Assembly (NCBI GenBank): GCA_951406725.2
Contig: OX597814.1
Location: 37,138,001-37,202,000 of the forward strand
Direction of reading: 5' to 3'
DNA from: Octopus vulgaris
Lineage: Eukaryota
DNA length: 64,000 bases
The notes beneath the pieces were generated by a model. That model searched no databases and had not been told where the DNA came from. It saw only the letters and a program-made list of their open reading frames with translations. Below, piece after piece: positions 11,220 through 25,169 of the stretch. The translations under genes and the position numbers were made by a program. Positions within the stretch are counted from its first letter, which is position 1, and the number at the start of each line of letters is the position of its first letter.

Positions 11220-13689
11220 GTATATTGGTTGTGTACCAACCTGGGTTGTGCATTAAAAATCGTCTACATCTGCATTTTTTTCTTTTCCGTATACTTCATT
11301 TATATCCATATATATGTATGTAAATATACACATATATACACACATACGTTTATATATGTACATGCATAAATATATATAAAGAAAAAGTTTATAAGACCAT
11401 TCTAATCACATCAGAACTGAAACAATACAAATGTTTAAAATGTACTAATATTTTTATCTAATATCTGAATAAAATATTTAATGTTTGTGCGTAATTTCGA
11501 AGTACAATGTATAACAAAATGATTCCTAGATTATTCCTGAGCATCTCAAAACTAATTGAATATTTTGAAGCTCCTCAAATATTTTTATCAAATTTCATTA
11601 AATGATTTAACATAATTTGAAAATCAACATTAGACAAAGTAAACAAGAATAGTTGCGTGTCATTCCCATAACGATAAAGGAGTCATATTTCTGAATGAAG
11701 AACATTAATATCAAATACATCAAAATGATTTTTTCTAATTTCATTAAATGATTTTTCATAATTTTAAAAAGATTATAAAAGAAAACATGACAAGATTAGT
11801 CGTGTGTATGTGTGTATGAATGTAAACACTTTATTGTCAAACAATATTAAACGAAGTAATATATGTTCATAATTAAGTCGCCGTTGCTCGTAATATACGT
11901 TCGTCAATTATAATTCAATGCAAATTATTGTTGGATATTTGTTCATAATCTGTTTTTATATGTTGTTGTATCGTGGTTGAAGCAATATACGAATACACTA
12001 GCTAATTTGTAAAATCCCACAAGCTTTGTGTCATGAATGTATCAATAGTTGATTTCCTTTTGTGGATAACTCCCTAATTTACAAATAATGTGGGGTCCCT
12101 TCTTCAGAGAAGAGTAATCCAATACAATATTGTAGGACAAATTTGCATTCTTAAAATTATCAAATATTCTGTGGGACATGAGCATTTCTTCATTGTTATG
12201 CTATGTTGCCTATCACGTAAATATATATTATTGACGTGCTATTAGTGGCATGTTTCTGTAAACAAATGAAACCAAACTGGTATTAGACGAATTCATGAAT
12301 CCTTTGAGAACATACCGTGAGAAGATGCTCTTATTTATGTTTTCTACACGTCATTATCATAGAAAGAATGAAGTAATGAATTTAATTCTTTGTTTAACGC
12401 ATTTGTATCTTCTCTGAGCTGCGAGTAATTCGTAATAGTTTGGTACATAGACATCTTCATCTCCCTTTTGCACACATCATTTTTATCATACGAATATGTT
12501 GGCATTCATGTTTGACTTAGTGAGAAGCAATTACATATTTTGATTTAATCCGACTAGCACAAAAAAGAGATATTGTATAATATTAGGTGATCCTCAAAAC
12601 TTAAAACCTGAAATTAGAATATCCACCACAGTGCTTATTTTAGGATTGCTTTAAGTAGAAGCTTATTGGTTAAGAAACCATGAAAATATCTATTAGGAAA
12701 TTCCAGGAATACTGTCATGGCATCTTTACTAACCAATAGAATGAATATTTTCATATACTTACATAAACTATATTGAAGTCTGGTAATTTTAAAATTGATT
12801 TCAGTACTTCTGTGTTGTGCATTCAAATAAATATGATATAATCCTTTAAGGTACAGATCGCAAATTAAGTTATCCTGCTCGGTTCTAGCTTACTTAACGA
12901 ATGTTTTAAATAGTCGTTGATCTGTGCTATGAAATAAATTTGCTGTCAGGTCTCTCGTTCCTTTATACAAAGAATATATTAGCATTCTTATTTGACGTGT
13001 AGTGAGTATTGCATTGTTTGAATTAATTACAGCTATGATTTCCCCCGTGTTGTCCATCACATGGATAGTACGTAACATTTTGCCATGAATCCAGTATATA
13101 AATATTTAAGATAGAATATCGACACCGACGGTGACCTAATGTGTGACAGCTATATATATAGCGTCTGATATTTGCTATTCCTTATGTCGGTCGAAAAACA
13201 TTAGATGATAGACGCGATGGAAAGAGATGAGGATTAGGCACATTCCTTTTGACCAAACTCTCATTAACTTTCTCAAAGTTCCATTGAAGCGGCTTGTGAA
13301 GATGAGAAAGGAAGTGGTGCTCATGTGGCGGATAAAATTTGCGAGCATGAGCTGAAATCACAGAGCTTGTAAATCACAGAAAGGCACGTGGAACACAACA
13401 CTTCCTATATTCGTTAGTATGACGGATGTTTTTAGTGAAATGCAGGACTTTTTGACAGATGGGAGTTTTTGAAAGTTTTATTTTTGTAATCTCTTATTAC
13501 ATCTTTTTGTAGTAGTACACTGTATTGACCTATACTATCTCCGATTCTTTGGTTACACCTTGAGTTTCATAAAGAAAACACTAAATTTTTATTATTACTA
13601 ACGTTATTAGCAATTGTTTGATAATTTATTTTGCAGGAGTTTTATCGTGAGGTTTGTTGGCAAGTCTCAAATCACAAAATCTTGCTTAG

Positions 13690-14260
13690 GTTTCATGCAG
13701 AATGAAAGATGGTACATGTCCACAAGTCGACAAAGCAAATCTCAGTCTCGGCATTTTTCATTTTATCAGGTAGTATCTAAGGTGTTGTGCTAAGTGCACC
13801 AATTACGACAAGAATAACCGTCGTTTTAGACTTCCAGTCTCTTTAACCCTCTCACTAGGTCTTGATATTTCTCTCTTTTCTAGAATTTCTTGGTATCGTA
13901 TCAGTTATCACAAGAAAGCGCAAAGTCGATGGTCTTGCACTGTTTCTTTATTTTGTTCCATGTAATCCTACTTGGTCTTCACTTCTATGGTCAGTCTTTA
14001 CGGGGGAGTCTTATTCTCTCTCACAACTTCTGCTTCGTATTTATATCACTTCCCTGTTGTTTCGAAACCACAAACGCTCTACCAGCATCCCAATGCACCT
14101 TTTTACCCGCACGGTCACACCTGTGGTTTTCTTTTTGTGTGTGCTACCCAACTGCATTAACTCAATAGATGATGAATATTTTAGTCCCCTTTCTTGTACA
14201 TTATGCTTTTGATGGCTGACTGTGATTTCTTGAGTTTTGGCTTTATCAGATACGTCTTAG
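13690..14260 (-). mobile_element. Old RLE-type (R4/Dong-like) LINE 3' fragment
   Basis: Minus strand reads KYQDLVRGLKRL..KTTVILVVIGALSTTP; frameshifted. Confidence 0.7.
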
Positions 14261-14579
14261 AGCCTTGTTCTTGATCGGCTATAATTAACGCTTCGCTCTC
14301 TCATTCGAAATTTACTCTGTTTACTTCCAAAATTCTCGGTTTGTGGCATGAATTAACCTTGTAATTCTATTTCTTTTCCTCTTTCTGTTCTTGAATTTTC
14401 TTACTGTTTCAGTAGCTGTTATTTTTATTGAGAGTTTTGCTCCGGTGGTTGTTATGCTGACACTATACCATTCCGAGGGTAATTCGTAGCTTCTCAAATC
14501 ATGAATGCAACTTTTTATTAACTGCTCCCAGTGTGCCAACCACAATCAATACCGCTTGTAAGTGTCTGAATCTCCATAG

Positions 14580-15340
14580 GTTTCTGATTTCTCACTTCAA
14601 TTCCTGATACATCTCCACTTTCTCACTTTCCTTCTCGTCCCAAAGTGAAGCAACATCTACAATAATTGCTTTGTTCTTTTTTTCTGCTACAACAATGATA
14701 GGTTTTCTAGCCACAACAAAATGGTCAAACTGGATGGTGATGTCCCAAAAGCTCTTATATTGTTCGTTTTCAGCAGTAGTTTCCGGTTGGTGCTCAAACC
14801 ACCTCTCACTTCTGCTTATGTCATTCATATGATAGAACGTCCAGTGAACCAATCTGGCAATGTCGTGCTTTCACTTGAACTGTTTTTCTGCGAGAATCTG
14901 ACATTTACTAATGATGTTGTCTATTGTTTCACCCTTTTCACCAGACAGCTTACAAAGTGGGGACGTCATTGACTTGTCAAGACTGAACTTGATATAGATC
15001 GTTCTCAGTGCCATTTCTTGGGCTACGAAGATAAGGTCTTCACTTTCAACTTTTAAGTAGCTTTTCCTACCCCATTCTCAGATCTTACCGTAGTCAACTG
15101 TTTCAGGAATTTTGTGCAAATGTTGACCACACATTTTCTTGTCTTTCCATCTATTGAAGGTTTCATTCTGTCTGACTTGTTTAAACTCCTTTGCTTCATC
15201 ACTACTTGGGAGTTTTATCTTTCTTACTCCTGCTATCCGTCTCTCCTTTGTGTACTTCACATACCATGCCAGAGTATTTTCCTCACATTTCACACATAAT
15301 TTACAGCTAATGAGACCTCTTCCACCTGTCTGTCGAGATA
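14580..15340 (-). mobile_element. Old RLE-type LINE fragment (CCHC and RLE region)
   Basis: WKDKKMCGQHL, WFEHQPE..WDITIQFDHFVVARKPIIVV..IVDVA..EKVEMYQEL. Confidence 0.8.
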
Positions 15341-15719
15341 GTTACAAAAGAATGCAGATCCACATGTAGTGTCACGATATTCTCAACAGTATTACACCAT
15401 TGCTATAACTCACAGCTGTAACGGCTCATGGGTTGACTAAAAGCATCGTGTTCAGACCAATTAACTGTGTCTTCAAAACAAATTTCAGTTTCCGTTTCTA
15501 TGCTATTACATCAGTTCTTTCATTTCCTCCACTTTCATTTGGTCTATTTCCAGGATTATTATTATTAATGTTAATGTTGCTGCTGCTGTTTTGTTTCTCA
15601 GAACTCTCGGTCTTCATTGTTCTGGTAGATTCTGCGAGAGCGGACAGCAGCCTGCTGTCATATTTCACAGCGTCTCTTTCCGCACATGATAAACTTTGAT
15701 ATTTGGTTGTTGATTATCG

Positions 15720-16760
15720 TGCGAGTATTTCAAAATCCAATTAACAATTTCAAAATCCTAGCTGTCCCCAGCAGAACAGTGTTTTTGGCTTGCTCTCCTC
15801 TCATGTCAATTCCGAGTTCTTTGACATATTTCTCGAAATTGGTTGTTAGTACCCAGAATGCCCTTATAACTACTGGAATGACAGATACTCTTCTCATAGT
15901 GCACATTCTTGCAATTTCGTCTTTTAGTAGTCTGTGCTTTTCAATCATTTCTAGCTGTTTCTCACTTTTGCGTGCATATCCAGGTATTGCAATATGCATG
16001 ACATTGGTTTTATCTTTCCCTTTATCTACCACAACAATATCTAGTCTCCAAGCATCAATCAGGGAGTCACAATAAATTGTAAAATCCCACAGTACCTTAT
16101 GTTTCGTGTTCTCGGTGACTCCATGTGGTTCATGTTCGTACCATTTCCGTGCTCTGTTCATGCCGTTCTTTTCACATAACCTCCAGTGGACGAACTTAAT
16201 CACGAACTTATGATTATTGGTCCCGCCTTGTCCATGGCTAGTGTTTATAGGTTCCATATGCGGGGAATACTATCAAAAGCCTTTCGGTAATCGATCCATG
16301 CCATAATTAGATCTTTCTTCTTTCTGTTGCTGTCTTCAGTTATGGCTTTATTGATAATTAATTGATATTTACCGCCGTATTAGCCCTTGCAGCATCCCTT
16401 CTGCTCTCATAGAAACAGGTTTTTTCTTCAGTTTCTTGCTCATTCTCTGCAATATTATTGCAGTAAAGTCTTCGCAAATTGTAGAGAGATAAGTTACTGG
16501 TCTCTAATTTTGTGGGTTTCCCGTTTCAGTGTATTTGGGAATTAGGATAGTTTTTCCCTTTCATGAGCCATTCAAACATTGACTCTGGCTCTGCTAGTAT
16601 GTCATTAAATTTCTCAGCCAGCTTTTTGTTTGTTCCTGTTAGATATTTTGACCAGAATTTGGGATTTTATAATGCCCGGGTGCTTTCCAGTTGCTTAGTT
16701 TTTGCAGTGACTGGGTAACCACTACAGTTGTTATAGCGGTTCAGAGTTTTTCATGATAAC
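15720..16760 (-). mobile_element. Internally deleted RLE-type LINE: RT N-terminal part joined to the RLE domain
   Basis: ORF 15730-16257 has WYEHEP..VLWDFTI..LDIVV..IPVVI..LLGTARIL. Region 16250-16760 has SNWKAPG..PNFW and AWIDYRKAFDSIPH, closely related to the element at 44894. Confidence 0.8.
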
Positions 16761-16904
16761 AACCAACATTGTCACCATTCTCATACTTTTTTTCTCTTCC
16801 TGTTTCTCCTCCTCCTCCTCCTCATCATCATCATCATAATCTTGGTCGTTGGCGGCATCGTTATTATTATTACTATGAACTATTATTGATCTCAGGTGAA
16901 GAGG

Positions 16905-17073
16905 CAATTCGATAACATCTACCCTAGTACGTGTCAGGTACTTTTATCATACTCGAACAGATCAAAGCAAAGTGGACCTCTGTGGGATTTGAATTCAAAA
17001 AGACATAATGAGCCTGACGAAATGCCGCTAAACATTTGTCTGACGCTCCAATTATTTACCCAGCTCACTGCCT
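16905..17073 (-). mobile_element. Degenerate tRNA-derived Nin/Deu-type SINE
   Basis: Similar to the copies at 18074 and 62633 (gaaatgccgctaaacattt..ccagctcactgcc). Confidence 0.65.
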
Positions 17074-17523
17074 AAATAAATAAAGAAGAATGATGATGAT
17101 TACAATGATGATGATAATAAGAATAAATGAATAACTACATATATAAATTAGAAATATTGAAGTTCTAAATGTCTCAGGGAGACATAAGCGGTGGTGGAGC
17201 GATATAGTGGTCGTATACCGTCAACTCAATGTGACAGTACCGTAAGCGAATTACACTACCGCCATTTAGCCCTATGAAACAAGGCCGTCTCCTGTCGGCT
17301 TTGACATATTTTCTGTGTCCTTGTATTTGCAAAGAGGAGGCAATCACCCCCGCCAGCTGGGACTAAGCACCTGAAACATATGTTTCTGAGTCTATTGCTC
17401 GTCGTCAGTACAGTGTAGCTTGTCTCGCTCGCTGAGATGACTGCAACCCCTTCGCACATATATCATATTATCAGTAAAACTTAGTTACTGATCACCGAAA
17501 TTAGAAATATAGAATTTCTAAAT

Positions 17524-17556
<33 letters not shown>

Positions 17557-18073
17557 AACGACAACGGAGAAAATGAAGTAGGAGGAGAATGAAGTTAATA
17601 CCATTAAGTGTCTGTCTTTTCTACTCAATTTCAAACTGTCTTCAGAAATAGGAGGAAGTCTGATAAAAAAAATATTGCCTTTGGGTGTGAGGCGCTTTAA
17701 AAGCAAATTTAAAATATCTAATTTTTTAACCTGGTAGACAGATAGTTATTTGATATCAGTGTCTTTGTGAGAGACGAGCATTTAGCCTCTTCGCTTGTTT
17801 CGTAATTAGATAACGATTGCATTCAAAAATAGCTTTTATCAAACGCACATGTAAATCTCCCAATACTGACATGTGTCATTGAAAGAAATAAGGAAATTCA
17901 TTTTTCCTGACAAATATTTGCTGCGAATTAGGCCTGATTCACACACTCCCAGCCAAACGCATGCACGCACGAAAACACAAACGCATAGATGTAGATATAA
18001 TTATGGTTCATCTTTAAGATGCCATATTGTTTCCTGACCATATGAGGCTAGCGACTGTGATTTCGTTAATACT

Positions 18074-18303
18074 TATTTCTATATTACCCACAAGAGGCTA
18101 AACACAGAGGGGACAAACAAAGACAGACATAGGTATTAAGTCGATTACATCGACCCCAGTGTGTAACTGGTACTATATTTATCGACCCCGAAAGGATGAA
18201 AGGCAAAGTCGACCTCGGATGATTTTAAATCACAACGTAACGCAGACGAAATACCGCTAAGCATTTCGCCCGAAGTGCTAACGTTTCTGCCAGTTCGCCG
18301 CCA
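18074..18303 (-). mobile_element. tRNA-derived SINE with Nin/Deu-type central domain
   Basis: Minus strand GGCGGCGAACTGGCAGAAACGTTAGCA..GTCGACTTTGCCTTTCATCCTTTCGGGGTCGATAAA..GTACCAG. Flanking direct repeat cgttaatact. Confidence 0.85.
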
Positions 18304-18685
18304 TAATTCCGTTAATACTGCTTTGAAAATGTGGCAAGTGAACATCTGCAGAAAAGCCATGAGTTGGATGACCACTGAAGATGCTCGATATTCTGACATT
18401 CTTGTTGGGCGGGGGTGGGTACTGAGACTCGTTATACAGTGGGTCCAGTCGCAACACATGTGAAGTGGATAGATAACTGGGTTGGATTGCCTTTGTGATG
18501 GTGGCACGATACAGATAATGTAATGACGTCCGTTCTTCGCTGTTGGCCGGTGTCAGTGTACGATAAAATGACAGAGATGAACGCACGAGTGTGTCTTGAG
18601 CTTGCAATGATTCCGTTAGGAACTTAATACAAATCAGTCTGAATACAGTACAACTCGTCAATGTGGGTTTTAACAGCACAATCTC

Positions 18686-18853
18686 TGTTGTATGGACGCC
18701 CCAAGACGATGAAGTAGGCTAGCCTAATACGTCAATACAGAGGGAGAAACCTAGTCGTCGAGACTAGAGTAGCAGAGGAAACCAGGACAGAGTAGTAGTA
18801 GAGTTGAGTAGTAGAGGCATCCGAACGTGCGACATAACAGTGGCGACGAGGAT
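18686..18853 (+). mobile_element. Short LTR relic plus primer-binding site (Ty3/Gypsy-like)
   Basis: TGTTGTATG...CATAACA (18686-18839), followed after 1 nt by TGGCGACGAGGAT (18841-18853), complementary to the 3' end of tRNA-Ser(GCU). The LTR start is uncertain. Confidence 0.55.
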
Positions 18854-20365
18854 TTCGTAGCTATAGCAGCCACTGTATAGTATTGCGATATAACAATCTC
18901 ACATATAGAAGAGCTACTTTGATGTAAAGTGCACTTCAGGTGTGTACAGGATCTTTTCTGGGTTGAAATATTTTCTTGCTCTGAATAGAAGGGCCATTCC
19001 TTGGGATGTGTTCCTAGATTTGTTAGGGGATGCTTCGGAAAGAAGAGTACGAATGCTGTTGTGAGGTGAAGCCCAGCATCTGTATCGACGTTAAATGCTC
19101 TAGTCAGTTTTTGATAGGTGTTGTTTCGTTTGTATAAGTAGTGCTACAGTTTGTTTTCCTACCCCTTTGATGCTAAAACGGTAAGTAGTGATGGTCTCTC
19201 TCTGAATGATGCAATTAATCCATTTATGTAAAATAATGGAGGATTGGCGTGCGATTTCTCGGTTGCTCGTGGACTGTGAGTGGTTGGGGACAGACAGGAA
19301 TTTGCTTTATCATACTCGAACAGATTAAAACTAATTGGACCTCTGTGGGATTTGAATTCAAAAATATAATGAGCCAGAGGAAATGCCGCTAAACATTTGT
19401 TTATAGAGGAAGCAAGTGACGCACTAATGTTTAGAATGAATGAAACTGGAAACAAATGTGTAACATTCGATTTAATTAAGATTTTGACAGAGATCCATCA
19501 ACACGTGCTAGCATGAGCAGATAGGAAACCATTAATTTAAAAAATGTAATAGATGGTTACAGACTGTAGAGGTAAAATGTTGATAGGCGTTATATATGCC
19601 AGGCACTGTTTGCGCAATACGTTTATGACTTATTTCATGCTGCTTCAAATTACGCAGTAAAAATATGACTAGCTCCTGTGTGTTCCTGCTGTCTTTCCTC
19701 AATACTCTATGCAATCAAAAGTAGAAGGGTCATGCAGATAATATTGAATAACTAAATATATAAATAATAACAATAACACTAATAAAGAGGAGGACGAGAA
19801 GGAAAAGATAGAAAAGGAGACAGACGAGAGACAAATGAAGCATGAAGATGGCAGGAATAATAAAACTGGAGGAGGATGAGGAGGAGTCGACGGGGAAGAA
19901 GTAAAAGAAGATGCAGTAGCACAGCAGCAGCTGTCATCGGGAGCTCAGTCATCGAGAAAACTTGGAAGCGAGTATTATTTGTAAATCAATAGTACTCGCT
20001 TGTGAGTGACGACGGTTTTACTTTATCTATCTATATAATAGTCAAACAGTATGTCAAACATTAAGGCAAGGGAAATATCTCAAATCTTGTACATGAAGAA
20101 TAGAAGAAACGTACTATTGTTTCTGGGATATCCCAGATTATGGGATATTCCGTTATCAGAGACAAATAAGAGAAAAATTTGGAGAATGACAACATAGAGA
20201 AAGAGAGTAAAAGAATAAGAAAGTGATATTGCTGCTATTATTGCTGTCGTTTCTAGTATTGATATCAACACGAACGTTGTCATTATTACTATTATTATCG
20301 TCATTATCTTTATCGGCGTCGCTGTTGTAATTATTATTATTATTAATATTATTATTATCATTATT

Positions 20366-20916
20366 GAGTGAGAGAGCAGTGCATGCCATCAAAGTGACAC
20401 TGTGGTAAAATATACGAAGCCCAGTATACCCATCATGACTACTCGTCAGATAAGGGTGCACTAGGCACATGTATCACAAACATGTGCGCACGACATGGTG
20501 ATCTCATATCAAGATAAACAGCACATGACATTGCAAGTGGAGCCCAGTTAGAATTTTCTTCTGGTCGAGTAACCCATCCTGCTCAAAAGGTCCTTGAATA
20601 AGGGTTGATTAAGGATGTTGAACAAAACACCCATATTTCCAGAGGTGAATTATCCAAACCCCCAAAGAATCCCTCTCAACACATGGCTATGATGCGCCCC
20701 ACTACTTCTGCTCATGATCAGAGATGCACATATCGTCAGCCACTAAAGGACATGCTCAACTGGTTAAGGTGAAACAATTGACAAGCAAATCTGTGGTATT
20801 AAGCAGAATATTTGCTGTAGCCCATCTTTTATACCGAGACAAAACAATCTACATAACACTTCCAATCATTTAAGATCAGACGTCATGAGAGCCACTGCCT
20901 GGTACTGCATCAGGGC

Positions 20917-20920
<4 letters not shown>
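20366..20920 (-). mobile_element. ~557-bp non-coding AAT-embedded element, copy 2
   Basis: Reverse complement of 9164-9720 end to end; flanked by (ATT)n on both sides. Confidence 0.85.
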
Positions 20921-20990
<70 letters not shown>

Positions 20991-20994
20991 GTAT

Positions 20995-21069
<75 letters not shown>

Positions 21070-21190
21070 GGTTAGTAGTATTGGTGGTGTTACTTGTAAT
21101 AGCAGTAGTAGTAGCGGCATAGGTTGCAGCAGCGGCAGCGGCAGTAGTAATGTCATTATTAGTAGTGTTAGTATTAGCAGTGATAGAGGA
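20921..21190. repeat. Compound (ATT)n-(AGT)n microsatellite decaying into triplet low-complexity sequence
   Basis: Directly visible. Confidence 0.95.
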
Positions 21191-21684
21191 GGTGGTGTTA
21201 ATGATGTTATTATTGCGGCTATAAATAGTTGCGTTAATGGCAGGAGTGTTAATAATAGTACGGTTTTCAGTAATAGTAATATTGCCGTTGGTGTTAGTAC
21301 TAACATTATTGCTATTCCTATCAGTAGTTGAAGTATATGTATTATTAATTGCAGTGGTTATAATGTAAAATAATATTGTTAGCATCGGTGTGCCTATTAG
21401 TGATTGCATCGGTCTCAGGAGCGCATCCGTTACCCTCAGAGCTGGTGATTATATTATGTATGTTTCGGTTGCATAATGGGGTTGGGCCATAGCTGTCAGA
21501 TATGTTATTGCGATCGGTGTTAATGTTTTATTGTGTAGGTCATTGGTAGCGTTGTATATATTTAGATAGTAAGAGATAAATTTACGTTTATTAGATACGG
21601 TAGTTATAAATTCTATATTTGGTGAAGATGAATAGGATAATTTCAAAGTGGATCTATTATCTATCTGCCTGCCTGCATGCCCAC

Positions 21685-21778
<94 letters not shown>

Positions 21779-22835
21779 CTTTATAAATGAGTGCGTATAT
21801 AACTATGTATGTATAAATAGATATATACATACAAAAGCAGACAAACCAACTGACAGATAGATATATAAATAGATAGTCAGATAAGTGGACAAACGAATAT
21901 ATCGCATTTTGCCCGAAAAAGCTGTTGCTGTTTTTATGCCCATTAAAATGTAGCATGTTAAGTCTATTAGTTACTGAATGTTTACATTTGTAGGTCTTCG
22001 ACAATAATTTGGGACATATATCAACTCCAAATCAATATTTCGATGCTACCTTCTTGGTTCACTTAATCGCATATATGTGTGTGTCCGCGTGTGTGTGTGC
22101 CTGTGCGTCTGTGTATGCATGCATATATGCATGAACATATATATGTGTGTGTATGTTTATTTATATGTATGTATAAATATACATATATATGGATACATAT
22201 GAGTGCCTGTATGTATGTGTAAGTTAACATTCTTAACTACAGAGTAAATGCATACAATTTCCGTAAACCAGACTTCAATATTTTTTATATTAATCTTCTA
22301 TATTTTCTCACATATAGTAGACCTGCTGAACAGTATTTGAAATGAAGTGCAAGAAAAATATACTCATGCTTTCGTCAGTGAAATGTAGAATTAATTGGAT
22401 ATCCATTTTGCATTTTGCATCTGTATACTTTATATCTCGTTATTTCATTTAAATATCATCCTGCATTGAACACTCCTTAATATATCAACCATTCATACTT
22501 TATATAATACTACACATCACCAACTACATATAAGAATACATATTGTAAAATAGCAGCCAGAACTATGTCTATGGAGGAAATTTGTTGTTCATATGTATTT
22601 TTGCACCTTGTATATACAGCTAGTGACGCTCGTAGGTATCTCAATTATTTTACAGCAATCTATTGTATAAGATACCAATTAATAATTGAAATGTAAAGAA
22701 TGCTTGTTTCATACAATCATATATATATATGATTCTATTATTAATTGAAGACTTCGAATGTCCTGTCCGTGTTTTTTGTATCGTCTTCTAAATGTTTTGC
22801 GTTCTTGTCCCAGTGTGTATTTTTTTATACATATA

Positions 22836-23344
<509 letters not shown>

Positions 23345-23348
<4 letters not shown>

Positions 23349-24152
23349 GCGACGCACGTACCGTCTCTCTTATATGTAAGTACACATTTCTCTAAACTCG
23401 GTACGATTCATCAACACTGTCTCTCTCCCCCCTCTACTACAGTACTTTGCCTTTCATACTTTGCACTATACTTTGTCCCTGTCTCTTTTTCTCTCTTTCT
23501 CTCTTCTCCTCCTCCTTAATTCCTTTTCCCTCTTTTTCTGTATCTTCTCCCCCTCATTAATTACTCTGTCCCTCTTTTCCTCTCTCTTCTCTTCACATGT
23601 GACTGACTGACCGACGTCTGGCCTTTTGGGTCAAGTAGCCGTCGTGGTAACCCCAACATTTTTTCTCTGCCTCAAGGCACATTAATAACACGCTAGCTGA
23701 GTTTAATTCGTTCTAGTCGAAAAACGCCTGTTTGTGATGCCCTGTTATTGTTATTATTATTATTATTATTATTATCATTATTATTAATATTATTATTATT
23801 ATTATTATTCAGTAGTTTTATTTTTATAGCGTGCTTTCACTTCACTACCGAGCGCAGCTCTGTGTGCCTTGGGTATGTGCTGTGATTTGTTGTGATGCTC
23901 TGATGGTTATTGTATGGAAAGTGTTCTGCGTAGGATGTGTGCAGTGCCTAGTAGCGCAATTTTCTGTATGTTATATGTGTTTGTAAGTCCTGGTGTTTTT
24001 GTTATGTATTTTTGTCTGAATATTTTTTTATCATGCCTAATGCACCTACTATGATAGGAATTGTTTCTGTTTTCAGGTTCCACATTCTAGTTACCTCTAT
24101 TTCCAGGTCTTTGTATTTTGAGAGTTTCTCCATTTCTTTTAGAGACACGTTG

Positions 24153-24220
<68 letters not shown>

Positions 24221-24457
24221 TTTAAGTATTAATTTTGTATTCATATTCGTGTAACATCGTTCGTTTTTCTGTCCTTGTTTTGTATACATTCGAAGCTTTC
24301 TTCCAAGGAATCTAATGCTCTTAGCTTAGTTTTTCCTTGGGGCTGGCCAGATTGGAGCAATCTCATGATGAATCAGCCGAAATTGCAAGGATGATCCGGT
24401 TCTTGACTGAAGATTTTTTGTATCATCTTCTAAATGTTTTGGGTTCTTGTTCCAGTT

Positions 24458-24460
<3 letters not shown>
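23345..24460 (+). mobile_element. Longer copy of the (TA)n-flanked repeat family, interrupted at an internal (TTA)n site by a LINE fragment
   Basis: Bounded by (TA)n at both ends. The 3' part 24220-24460 matches 2677-2910 and 35577-35742. Joining the CT-rich 5' part to it is an inference. Confidence 0.5.
23810..24153 (-). mobile_element. 5'-truncated copy of R4/Dong-like LINE family A in (TAA)n
   Basis: VSLKEMEKLSKYKDLEIEVTRMWNLKTETIPIIVGALG plus a 3' UTR ending aaaactactg, matching 48440-48782; (TTA)n on both sides. Confidence 0.92.
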
Positions 24461-24544
<84 letters not shown>

Positions 24545-24793
24545 AATGTAGGATAAAATTGTTTTCTAAAAAAATTATTTTCCAAAAAAGTTTTATCAAT
24601 GGCCAGCATATTAAAAAATACCTTTAAAGGTTAAATTTTTTCGGCATATTTGGCATCAGAAATTTTTTCGTTTGTTCTTATTTAGGAATTGTTTATATAT
24701 ATATTGCTATCTAGGGATCTTCTATATATATGTGTATGTGTCTATCTATCGCTCTATCTATAGAATATATTATGAATTTATGGAATGAGGTTG

Positions 24794-25169
24794 CATAAAT
24801 TCCATCAATTTTGTTGAAAATGGAGGAAACTTGTTAAAATGTATAAGAAGTTTAATTCGTACAGAGATATAATGATAATATAAATTCACGATAAAATTAG
24901 ATTAATGAAATATCAACGTATTCTTCAGTGCAGGAAGGAAAGAAAGCATAATACAAGGAACTCATACCAATATGACGTACCTAGATCCTTGTATTAGGGT
25001 TTTTTCCTTCCTACACTGAAGAGGAGGTTCATATTTAATTAATTTCACTTACTCATGAATTTAGATTATTATTATATCTCTGTACAAATCGATCGTCCGT
25101 AAGAATTAGACTTCTGATAAATTTTAACAACTTGTCTCCTCTATATTTAACAAAGTTGATGGGAGTTAT
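24794..25169. mobile_element. Older palindromic/foldback element
   Basis: cttcagtgcaggaaggaaa..taatacaagga pairs with tccttgtatta..tttccttcctacactgaag; outer arms ccatcaattttgtt/aacaaagttgatgg. Confidence 0.75.

Noticed and set aside
12890-13130. Minus-strand ORF ending at gtaagc, and an overlapping frame with YPCDGQHGGN
   Set aside because: No clear acceptor, no partner exons, and the resemblance to known domains is too short to trust.
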